20,000 nt of DNA from Catajapyx aquilonaris (lineage: Eukaryota), in NCBI GenBank assembly GCA_000934665.2, contig KZ538381.1, positions 56,652-76,651 on the forward strand, read 5' to 3'. The stretch's first letter is position 1, and every line of letters begins with the position of its first letter. Shown in pieces: positions 1 through 10,941 of the stretch. The position numbers and the translations under genes are program-made. The notes under the pieces are model-generated. The model did not search any database. It saw only the letters and a program-made list of their open reading frames with translations, and was not told where the DNA came from.

Positions 1-337
1 CAGGCGGAGGTTTAGCGTGGAAGGAAATGTTCGCGTTTTTTTATATATATATTATTCCAACCCATCCCCCCCACATCCGATCATCCCGTGCCAATTGCCA
101 TGTCCGGAGGCCACAGATACACCAACCGGAAGGACACCGGACACGAGCTACCGGTCTTCCTGCCTAGGTCCTGCCAACCCTAAACATAAAAGAGGGGCCA
201 AAATTCGGCTCAAGTCTCCCGGCTCTATTTTATCTGCTGCCACCCACAACAAGTGGCCGGGAGTAAAATAAAAAAAATATAATAATAATAAAAAAAATGG
301 GAGAATGAGCTTGAATGGCATCTGGACGATGAGCGGC

Positions 338-600
338 ATTGTCGCGGCAATTATTGTCAAAAAAGAGGGGTAGAAAGAGCAGAGTCACTGCCACCAGGTG
401 GGGGGGGGGTGGGGGGGGGGATGTTGTTTTCAACTAATTATTGACAATATTCCAGCCTTGTAAATAATTAATAATTACAGGACAATTCACGGTGAGAACT
501 TGTAGAAAGTGAGTTATGGCCTAATTGGGCAATAATTATCATGTCAGGACAATGCATGACAGCCATGGCAATTATATTACAATGCGTGATTATGACGTCA
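338..600. promoter_or_regulatory. Candidate developmental enhancer (Sox + homeodomain + TALE + CRE motif cluster)
   Basis: Five GACAAT/ATTGTC words (338, 354, 443, 481, 548) plus ACAAT at 579. Multiple TAATTA/TAATTG cores between about 436 and 538, TGACA/TGTCA words, and a perfect CRE TGACGTCA at 593-600, all within 260 bp. Function is inferred from motif density only. Confidence 0.4.
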
Positions 601-2053
601 GTTCTGGCAGTGTTGGTTCGTCTGAAGAGTCAAATTATGGAGGAAACTTTATGTACCGCGATAATCTTATATGGTAATTTTTTTTTTTGCGAATTAAAAT
701 ATGACGAATATCTTTCCAGCCAGGGTGTATGATATGCAATATATTTCAGTGTTGCTGAAATAAGTGTTCCACTTCAAAAGCCCAAGTTTTCCAACGTGAC
801 TGACTTCGTTTCCTTATCTTGTTATAGAAGAACCAAAAGGGTTTTTTAAAGCTAATCGTGCAGGCTGGATCTATATAAGGGTCTAATTAGGTCTTAGTCA
901 TGTAGCTAATGCATGTGTCATGACCCAGACATGTTTTCGGCTTTGAAAAAACTGAAGCTCTTTATAAAAGCCCAACCACCCCTCCTTGAAAAAAAAAACA
1001 CTAATGAGATGGCCAGTCGATAAGAAATCGGTTAATCTCCCGGCCAGGTAGGAAGGGAATCGCAAAAATCCTACCTTCTTCCACCTTTGCAAACAGTATA
1101 ATGAACGCGACCCGGTTTATTGATTCCCCACGAAAGCGTAATCGTCAACTCAATCTTGATGTCACAATTGAGTCACTGATTTGGCTAGGCAGGTCAGCGT
1201 ATAGAGCAAGCGTATACTTCTTGCGGCAAAAAAAAGAAAGTCTGATGCTATAGTGCATATAATATTATAGCAAAGACCTCATCATTCACTTACTCAGAAT
1301 GACGACAAAGGGTGCATGGTCTCTTATATGGTTCTTTTTTTTGACATGGGCTATTGGGTGCCAATTTTGGTTGGGTGGTATATTATAGATTTCTGTCCTT
1401 CAGAGTAGTTACATAATAGTTGGGTTCAACGTTTCGGCCCACAGACGGTAACAATTCGTATATTTTGGGTTTTTGGTTGAGTGGGGATTGTTTGTCATTT
1501 GTATCAGTTTTGTAATATTTGAGATGGTCACGGCCGTTTCATCGCACATTTGTCAGCGATATTTCGTCTGAGTCGATTACATTGCACTAACCAACGTCCA
1601 TAATAAGATTATAAGTACCAATCTGATGGTCAAATTATCACGTTTGTCTCGCCTACTCAACTAAAGCGTGAAGAACGAGATAGAGGCCAGAACGAAGATC
1701 ACCCGGAATTATAATAAAAAGGCCCCCAAGAATCCTGGAAAGTGAGTGGTCATAAACAGTTTTAGTATACTACTGAACACACGTTGTTCATTTTGTTGGC
1801 AAGTTACGGTTCACGCTGTTGGAGACAAGATAATCCCAAAGATACATATAAATCACCCACCAAACTTTCTAGACCGGACATGAAAATGGAGGCGTCCTTT
1901 AGTGTGGCTCAATCACCTGAGGATCTGACTGCGTCCCCCTCTCCCATTTGGATGCATATTATGTTAGCAAATGGGATGGATCATCGCCCGCTGATCTATT
2001 CCGGACTGAAAGCGTGGGGTGCGCGTTACAATGTGCCGTTGGGAGGTTGTAGT

Positions 2054-2092
2054 TGACCTGTGACCCGTGAATGGGGTCGCGACGCATGCGCA
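2054..2092 (-). promoter_or_regulatory. Nuclear-receptor DR1 element plus NRF1-like site
   Basis: TGACCT-G-TGACCC (2054-2066) reads GGGTCA-C-AGGTCA on the minus strand, a canonical DR1. CGCATGCGCA (2083-2092) is NRF1-like. The surrounding sequence is locally CpG-rich. Confidence 0.3.
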
Positions 2093-3901
2093 GTCACGTA
2101 CTTACAGAGCTCGTCCATGTCTAGGAGATAATCTGGGAGCCTACCCCTCGCGCGACTTATTTTTTCATGCTGCCATCATTATTTTGAAAGCGAACATCTT
2201 CTCAATCAATCATTTGCGAATACATAATTCATCTCCTCGCTTCGGCCTCCGTGGGAGATTTTTAACCCCCTTTTATTTACACCCACCGCCCTCCCCTTAT
2301 ATGCACCCCCCTTCTTATGTACTCAACAAAAGGGTGTGTAAGAGACACCGGCACAGGATCCATATTCACGGCAATAAACTCTTAAACTTATATACTTAGC
2401 ATTAGGTAAGGTTGGTCACATTCGAGGTGAAAATTGCTTAATTTATGTCGCCCAAGGTGATTGATTTCACTCTTCTCGGGAACCTGCAGTAAACACCGTA
2501 TCTTGGCCGCTCAATCCCTGGCTTCCAAGAAGAGGTGTATTAATCACACTCAGCCACTCAGGTATATAAAAAGGGGCTATGAATTACACCTGCGTCTGGA
2601 ATCTTTTACAGTTTAGCAAATCGGAAATTAAATTTTAAAAATTTCAATTTTGCTGATATAGCTGCTGCCAGTTGGATTCACATAGCCGGCAAAGATGAAT
2701 GTGCTTTTAAAAGCTATATTTTTCTGCGTTGGTGAAAGAGCTGCTAATGTGTTATAAGGTGAGGTGGTAAGCACCTGTAAGCCTCAGCTGTAATTAGGGA
2801 TTATCATTTGGTCGGGAGTTTAGGGAGACGACTGGCCTTTTCCCTCCATCCACTGGGACTAATTATGATCCTTAAGTAGAGCTAACTGCGGGTCCAAACA
2901 TATCCACAAAAAAGGAGAAATAAAAACGAGGAGAGGTTGTCCTTATTGCACGCTTTGTGCTTGGTGGCGACTCCGCCCTCTATCTACCGGCTCTAGAAAA
3001 AAAAACTGCCTATTTCGCTACGGTTTGAGGTCAAATGTTCCCTTTTATTGCCTATAACCCTCTTATAGGTCCTGCCATAAAAATGTCCATCATCATCAGA
3101 AAAAGTCAAAATTTCGATACAAAAGAAGAGAAAGGATTACGCCCTTCCCCAGGATGGTCTTTTTCTGCGCCTTTTTAGAGCACGAGTCAGTGGAATTTTT
3201 TTCTTTAATCTGCTTTCCGCGCCTTTGTTCCCACGGCCCATTTCGAATTTTGCTTCATAAAAATCTTTTAACTTTGGATGGAGGATCCAATAAAATTCTT
3301 CCGAAAGTCCCCTATCTTCTTCAGACATCCACCTATAGAGTCAATCAGATTGCAATGTAGTTCGTAAAATAATATTTATTATTTCCACTTTTCTGTTGCA
3401 GTTATACATAATACAATCATGTAATACTGTACATATTGTGTACGTCTCAGAAAAAAAATCGATTTGTTTTACTAAATTAATTGAGCCTCTTAATACTGAA
3501 TAAATCAAAGCGACGAAAATGCGCATGGCGATAAGTTATCCGATCCTCGGCTCGAACTTGGGACTTCAGAGGTGGCGTGGCAAAGGCGGTTAGTAGATCT
3601 CGGTATAGCCTGCAACGCAACTTTCGTTTTTATCTTAGGAACCTATCAGGGTTCAAACTGAGACGCTTTAAAAGCCCCCAAAAAGGACCACAGTGAAGGG
3701 TCAGAAGTAAAGTGGGCGGCAGAAGTCTTTCTGACCGACAAGAATCTAGCCCAGAATCGGCTCTATTTACAACACGAGATAATAAATCTCAACTTGAATA
3801 CCGGAATATGTATAGAAACAGTGTAATTGTTATTTCAAACCAATTTTTGACGCACCATCCAATTCCTACCATATATAATGTTGGAAGCACATGTAGTCCC
3901 C

Positions 3902-4055
3902 NNNNNNNNNNNNNNNNNNNNNNNNNNNNNNNNNNNNNNNNNNNNNNNNNNNNNNNNNNNNNNNNNNNNNNNNNNNNNNNNNNNNNNNNNNNNNNNNNNN
4001 NNNNNNNNNNNNNNNNNNNNNNNNNNNNNNNNNNNNNNNNNNNNNNNNNNNNNNN
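3902..4055. other. Assembly gap (154 N)
   Basis: Run of N flanked by GTCCCC on the left and CGT followed by poly-C on the right. Confidence 0.99.
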
Positions 4056-4649
4056 CGTCCCCCCCCCCCCCCCAAAAAAAAAGCACTGGCAGAAAAAAAA
4101 TAGGTTTGATTGAATCACGAACACATTATTTGGTCTCGCATGAGCGAAATGGCCTTAAATAAATATCATTCCGGTGGCGGACGAGTGAGTGCTTTACCTG
4201 GCTCCCCTTTTACAACATCACAACTTAGGTCCCCTCTCGTAACGCATTGCCCACGATAATAGTTTGTAATGGGACCCAATTTCGGAGCGAAAATTGTTTC
4301 TTGCAAGAAGAGATGTGTCTTTATCACAACCGAGTACTGTACGACTCCTTCTCTAAACATACCTTTCAGAAAGGATGAAAAATAATCGTGGAAAAAAAAC
4401 AACAAGCAGCCGGCTTGATTATTTTCTCATGGGAAAATTGGACCTCGTTAGGGTACAGCTATTACCCGGACAAAATAATGATGCACGAGTCACTAGCTGG
4501 GACACTGACGATACAATGTAGCCTAGACATATAAATTAGTCCTCCCACTATAGCAAACTTCTAATTCCGAAACTCTGCAAAGGACCAGCAATAATACTGC
4601 CTGCTGCAATGACTTTGTCCAACCAACCCTGGCCGAATGTGACAGTCTG

Positions 4650-5240
4650 AAATTAATTAGCGGTCGTAAATGGGCCAAGTGACGTAGCTGGTGGGTGAGT
4701 CCGCAAATGGGGGGTGGAAGGGGAGGATGGGTGGTGGGTCCTTAGTTCCTTCATGATCCTTGCCATGCGAAAGAGAATGATGGCTGTGGGGCCGTAGGGG
4801 CCCTCGGGGGCCACCGCCTCTCCGTGTGTGGTCCTCGCCGTCAACCAGGTGCCGGTGACGTCACCCGCTCGGCCACCACTGGATCTTGGGAATAAGAACA
4901 ACTAGGAATGCGGCCTACCTGCCAAACGGAACCTGGTACACTATAAACGTAAAAGTGTGGATGGCTCCAGTGCTCGGACGGACCAGCCAACGTCCACTGA
5001 CAGACCTCAATTTTTGGGGGGAAACTACTTTTTTTTTTACCTTTGAGGAAGGCCCCCCTTCTTTTTTGGGAGATGGACGTGGCCAACTCATTTGGGCCCT
5101 TGCTTGTTTTGACAGGCGAGCGACCCCCCGCCAAACTACAACCATTCTTTTTCTTCCTCTTCGGAGACTTCAGCTCTCGGCTGGAAAGGTAACCAGGATT
5201 GGTAAAAAAAAAAAGGGGATGGAAAGACGCGTGTGAGACG
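4650..5240. promoter_or_regulatory. GC-rich island with palindromic CRE, candidate cis-regulatory element
   Basis: GC and CpG content are raised relative to the flanks. Contains a 12-bp palindrome GGTGACGTCACC (4854-4865) and a G-rich tract at 4709-4738. Overlapping ORFs are low-complexity and unconvincing. Confidence 0.3.
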
Positions 5241-5511
5241 CTGCGACATTTTGGATGCTCTAGTATTCACCTGTCACATGGTCCGTTTTTTAAAAATGGT
5301 GGTTTTAATCATGGGGGACGTAATAAATCATGGATGTGTATACAAAGCCGGCATGTATAATTTAACTGGTGCATATATGTAGAATGAACGGTTTGGATGT
5401 ATGTAATTAACTTGTCCGCGTGGCTTGCGGATAGGGTATTTTTCCTGTAATTAAGTTATACAGGAGGTTAAATTTTATGTTGCACAGTGTATGGGGTGGG
5501 AAGAAAGGTGT

Positions 5512-5844
5512 GTATACTTTGTCTCGGAATTTAGGCGCTTCTTGCGTATTTCTAATATGAGATTACCCTAGTTGATTTTGGCGGTTTCGGCTTCAATGTA
5601 CTGGTTAAGTTTTGAATGACAACATATGCTGCTGATACAGGGTTAATCCTGCACGCCAGGTGACCTACTCGTATGTGGTATATGTTACCTGGTGCGTACA
5701 CAGTATGATCCATAACACCAAAGTGTATTGCAATTCAAAACTCAACAATCGATTATTCCCGTAATGAAGGGAAATCGCCAAAATAAACTAGGGTAATCTC
5801 GTATTAGAACTTCGCAAGAAGCCTAAATCTGTGAGGAAGTGCGC
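5512..5844. mobile_element. Degenerate foldback (palindromic) MITE-like element
   Basis: Left arm ATTTAGGCGCTTCTTGCGTATTTCTAATATGAGATTACCCTAGTTGATTTTGGCGGTTTC (5529-5588) matches the reverse complement of the right arm 5771-5828 (ATTTAGGCTTCTTGCGAAGTTCTAATACGAGATTACCCTAGTTTATTTTGGCGATTTC). Further inner matches are GTTTTGAAT/ATTCAAAAC and CCAGGTGAC/GTTACCTGG. The exact ends and TSD are unresolved. Confidence 0.8.
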
Positions 5845-8029
5845 CTATACTACCTCGTATAGGCCTATAGTTGTTTTTTTTCCGCCGCAGCTATTATTCT
5901 ATATGAAGTATTATTTACCCCTTAATGTGATTTACTATTAACTTTATTTTTAACAATTCTCACTTAATTACTAACTGCTGTATTTGCTGCTAATATTACC
6001 AACATAAGTATCGCTCTTCACAACTTTTTCTAAATGATGCATATAATCTTCCATCTTTATTTGAAAGGGAGAGCGTTGTAAGGCAATTACTCTAGACGTA
6101 ATTGTAAATTCCCTTTGACATCATCAGGGCGCGGTTTTTCAACCCCTCATATAAATGCACAAACGATAAGGTTACTTCACCGCTTAAAAAACTGTAAGCT
6201 ATCTGATGATGATATTTGAGATAGTGTCTTTTAACCGACCAAGTGTGCATGATTTAACTTAATGTGAAGCAGCAGTGCCGGTATTGTCGATGTGAATATG
6301 CGATAAAAACTATATACCGAATATAAATATCAATTCAATGAAGCAAAGAATTAGATATACACAGGATAGCACTACTGATTATATTATCAGACCCAGCGCA
6401 ATATGGCAATATGAAACACTGTGCGTAGTAGCGAATAAGTAAAAGCTATAAAGCGATTCTCAAGTACATTATTCAGTCTCGGGAGTTGGCCATGAGTTCC
6501 ATGGCCAAAAAGGCCACACGAAAGTTGTTTATGCTTCGGACAATAACAAAATCAATTCAACGTATTGGTAGGGTATATGCTCAGATGTTGTCATCGTGAC
6601 TGCTGCAGCATGACCAACTCCTTCATCCAAAACTACTGCAGGGTGTGATTATTAAACCCCAGCCTTATTTTTCCAACCTATGGGTAATTTTTTAATTGCC
6701 TGAGACTGATGCAGGGATTTAGCAATGACATTTCTTTCGTCTCGGTGATCATATTTATTCATCTATTTCTTCTTACGCAACACGATACACCAATACAGTA
6801 CGTTACTCCTCAAAACGGTGATGTGAAACGCCATCTGATATTTAAAAATGCAATAATTAATGGTAGGCCGACATAAATTATTCCTACTTCCATCTGATAA
6901 CGCCCAGTCCCAACGTATTGCACACTGTCCCACGCCAAATATTAGCCCATCACACATTACCATTTGAACCTCGTTACAGGTTCTCATGCAGGCGACAATT
7001 AAATTATTCCCTAATATCACGCTAAACTTTACATCCGTTTGTTATTCCATTCTATCCCAGCACCACTTACTCCCTATTGTATACGGTGTGAGAATTAACG
7101 CCAAAGTGCAAATGTATTACTAATGATTTCCTTTTCCCGAGTGTTAAAATGAGCAGTGAATCGTCTGCTGCTTGGGAGAAAAAGAATGGAATTGGCACGC
7201 ATATTCCTTCAGGGCTTTAAACTAAAAAAAGCGACATACGAAGGCCATTCACTTCCTTCCCCATTGACTACAACTTGACCTCTTGTCCCCATCATCGGAT
7301 ATGTGCAAAAAGACTAGCGATAATCAATGAGGTGTCTTTCTGAAAGAGACTTGAAGGTGGGAATGGATGGAGAAAAAGGCAAAGAAAAATCGACCTACGT
7401 GCTCGGGGCCGATTTTTCCTCAGCCATCCAAACACCACTCGAATGCCCTCCCTCTTCTTGCCCCAAACTGCAATTTCATGCGCTTTTAATGAGACTATTT
7501 GTCTGCCGAATCAACAAGGGTATTTATAAGGCGTGTTGTTATCGCCTGTACAAGATGTCCCGTCCATAACTTATTACAGACAAAATGTTGTTTTGTAACA
7601 AAGAGTAGGGGGGTTTACATGCCGCATGTGTGGGGCTAGCATTCTAATGTCCCAGTGCCTAAACTATCGACCGTGTTTGCAACAAAGGCCATCAACTGTC
7701 AAAATAAGCACATAGCAATGTCACTTTGTAATATTTACAAGCTTGCCTTATGCACTTGACCGGATGTAACTTGCACTTCCGCATATTCGCATTTGTTTGT
7801 ACTCGACGTCATAATAACACAAATATGACATTTCCTGCTTCGGAACCTACACGGTGTCTCATAACCACCTCTCTCGATAAGATCCCAATTGGTATGATAA
7901 ATTCCTTCAATTTCACGCTGAATAACTCTCCAGCTGATTTGGGGTCATTATGTGCGATCCCAGGAGCGGAACAAAGTTGCGTCATGATTTATTTAGTTGG
8001 TAAACGAATGTTTGTGGAGCGAGCTGATG

Positions 8030-8460
8030 CCATCACTTCCCACACACTTAGCCGTGCAAAGGGTTACCAGATCCGACAGTTGTGCTCTGCCGCCAAAACC
8101 GGCGACAAAAACGACCCACCATAACACTAAACCCATTACTAAGCCCCCTCCTCTCCGCAACCAGTTCTCCCCCATCCCCCTCCTCCCCACCCCTCCCCGC
8201 CCAGCGCCTAATTAATTACCCGGACGAAGGAAACCTTAAAAAAAGGTCAGACCACCCAAGTGGTTCGGTTTGAACGGAAGATGGCGGGAGGGTTGAGCTT
8301 CCGGTTAAATCCCCCTCCAGCCCGACTCACCCCTTCCCCCATGCTATTCACCCCCTCCCTGATCCCCATCTCGCCGTTCGGGCCAGCGTTAGGAAGAAGT
8401 GTCAAAGGTTTTTCCCTTGTATTTCACCGGCGACACTAAATGATCGGGAATCAAAGGTTT
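8030..8460. promoter_or_regulatory. Candidate enhancer/promoter island (GLI, YY1, ETS, Su(H)/RBPJ, TCF, homeodomain motifs)
   Basis: TTCCCAC 8037-8043, C-rich tract about 8144-8202, TAATTAATTA 8209-8218, GACCACCCA 8250-8258, AAGATGGCGG 8278-8287, CTTCCGGT 8298-8305 and ATCAAAG 8450-8456. Confidence 0.4.
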
Positions 8461-8482
8461 GGGACCGCACCAAAAAATTCCG

Positions 8483-8508
8483 NNNNNNNNNNNNNNNNNN
8501 NNNNNNNN
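8483..8508. other. Assembly gap (26 N)
   Basis: Run of N adjacent to a poly-T tract. Confidence 0.99.
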
Positions 8509-9899
8509 TTTTTTTTTTACCTGGCTCCATGGATGCATCGGATGACCTTGTTTGCTTTAGCTTTGCCGTCAACCGACGTTGGGGATGTGGCCAAAATAAG
8601 GGCAGAGGTCAGTCTGTTTTTGTAAAGGGTATGTGAGGGAACAGTATGGGTTATATTCAGCCAACATTAGAGTTTTAGATTAAAATCGGTGTAACAATTA
8701 TTATAGGAATTTTCAGTAATAATTTGCATATTGTGAGTTTACTCGTAGTGCTTACATTGAATACTTTTGAATGCTACAATTATTGAAGAGGTGAAAAGCA
8801 ATAACATAATTGGTTACAAATAATAATAAATTTTCAAAATTACCTGAAAAATTAGCTTCATTCAATATTCTTGCATTTGACGCTTTCTCCAGCATACAAC
8901 ATCCCACTACTGTATGCCTTGCTGCCTTATCTCAAGTAGAAATAATTTTTGCAGTCTTTTGAATTGTTGCATTTTTTTGCTGTTCCCTCTTGCAATATTG
9001 TAACTTTAAACGACTAACCTATTAATTACCGGCTTATTAGTATATATTTTTAAAATTAAGCACCTGTAAATGGCATTGTTGGAATCCAATGCAGCAACTG
9101 ATTGTAGGCCTACTAGTACATAGGACACTTAGCCAGAGGGCACCAAGAATTTCAATTTATAAATTTGGCCATATATAACCAGGTTTGTGAGGCAAAAACG
9201 AGCTGCTCAAGTGCATAACGTTTCAGAAAAAAAATCATAAAAAGATGATCGTCTGGGAAGAAAATGAAGTGAGGAAGGGCTTTGTAAGCGCGATGAAGCG
9301 ATTAGGCGGAGTTCAGAGGGGGGTGGAAGGAGGGAGTTGTGCACAAGGGGGGTGGAGGAGCGGTCACGCCGATTCCTTCCACAGACCTAATTAGAGCTGC
9401 CCTACCTCCATGCTCCAGACCAGTTCACATACTCGTTTTAAATATATATAAAAAATTATATTAAAAAAACAGCACCACATGCTCCACACATTCACACACG
9501 AGCGCGTGTCATTTGGATTTTTTTTTTTCAAAAAAAGGGATAGGAAATGGGCAAAAATGTGAATGACAAATTGGAATCCCCCCACCGACTGCAAATTAAA
9601 TTAAGTGCAGGTTGTCATTGAATATCCAGTTGGCCACAGCCCGTCCCTCCCGACAACCTAATCACTCGGTTCAGTCTTCAAATAAACCCGCCCAATTTGA
9701 AAGGAAGGAAGGAGAAAAAAAAAAGTTTCCTCATTTTTTTTCTTTTTTTTGCAGAGTATACAGATGAGGAGAGGCCTCGTTATGCGTTTTGCTAAAGTTC
9801 CAAGTAAGGAAGAACGGATTTCCTTTGACATAGGCTCCTTCAATTCTCTCCGTTGCTAAGTGCTCGTGCGATCTTCTCTTTGCATGTGACTCAAATTAT

Positions 9900-9993
9900 G
9901 AAGGGGAAGAAATAAGGGGGTGGGTGGGGGAAGGAGGGAAAGGAAAAGGAGAGAGGGGGGAGGAGAAAAAAAATAAGGATGGGGGGAAAGGAA
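9900..9993 (+). repeat. Polypurine (G/A) low-complexity tract
   Basis: Almost only G and A over about 90 nt, with several runs of three or more G. Confidence 0.8.
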
Positions 9994-10922
9994 CTTTGGC
10001 AGGAATTTCATGCCACCAACGTCCTTCTTTGACCCCGACTCATTTCCCTTTACGTATATCAGCTGCACTATATTATACTATTATTTTCTATATTATAATA
10101 ATATTATGGAGTCATACATGATTTATTTACAGTAGGATATTTGATATATTTATCTCTAAGTTTTTCGGTTGATTGGCGCATGTTTTGAAAATGAGATGAA
10201 AATATTGGGGGTTAGAATAATAATGGCAGCCAGCCACAATACGGTCACTTATGTGGCCGGTTGCGTGATCGATAGTAAGCCCAGAGTAAGTAATTATTTC
10301 TATATGAATAACATGGGATCAATTTTTGGGTTCTGGGTTTGCCTTATACTGAGCTATTAAATATGGCGCAGAAGGTTGCGGAAGTTATTTCATGGAAACT
10401 TGCGGGAAGCGTTTCAAAACAATTAGGCTAATGATATGTAATAGAGACCTCATAATAATTACGAAATACTGATGCATTTGGCTACTTTATCCTGCACATC
10501 TCAATATGATGCAAACAGTAATCCCGAAAGTTACGTCACAGGCGACGTGATGTCAGGAATAACTGTAGCTACTAAATAAGTAGTCACAGCCTAATGTGAG
10601 ACGTGTTCAAATGCGAGTCACACATTCCGCATGTTATGCTAGCTAACTCGGCATATCTTGCATTTTAGTGTCGGTATCACCCACGCAGATATACGTATGT
10701 ATATGGAATACCTCGTTCCTATAATGCATTTATATAGGGGAAAACAAAGTGCTGGTGAATGACACCATATATCAGATATTGGTGATGTACCACTTAGCAT
10801 CTCCATCATGAATGTGACACCTACGACAACTTAATTACGACATGGCCATCGCCAATGCAGTGACAACTTACACAGTAATGTTAAGGCTTGATAATTATGT
10901 AAAAATCTGCCTGCGTGCAGCC

Positions 10923-10941
10923 CACACACACACACACACAC
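10923..10941 (+). repeat. (CA)9 microsatellite
   Basis: Direct reading of the CA dinucleotide run. Confidence 0.9.

Noticed and set aside
391..404. CTCF-like CCACCAGGTGG
   Set aside because: It lacks the conserved C after GG (it runs into poly-G), so the match is partial.
1418..1450. ACGTTTCGG, reminiscent of Penelope-associated hammerhead ends
   Set aside because: There is no CTGANGA core at the required position on the minus strand.
2563..2576. TATA-box-like TATATAAAAAGGGG
   Set aside because: Such words are common in AT-rich DNA, and no downstream exon or ORF supports it.
3541..3595. B-box-like GTTCGAGCC (minus) and A-box-like TGGCGTGGCAAAGGCGG (plus): possible tRNA or SINE
   Set aside because: The boxes are on opposite strands and no cloverleaf can be formed.
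3896..4073. Possible hidden element in the 154-N gap
   Set aside because: Both flanks end in GTCCC/poly-C, suggesting a sequencing failure at a homopolymer; the content cannot be known.
6486..6508. Hairpin TTGGCCATG-N5-CATGGCCAA resembling an intrinsic terminator
   Set aside because: The context is eukaryotic, and an isolated 9-bp stem can occur by chance in 20 kb.
8769..8878. Weak inverted match AATGCTACAATTATTGAA / TTCAATATTCTTGCATT
   Set aside because: It is AT-rich and degenerate, with no TSD or further symmetry.
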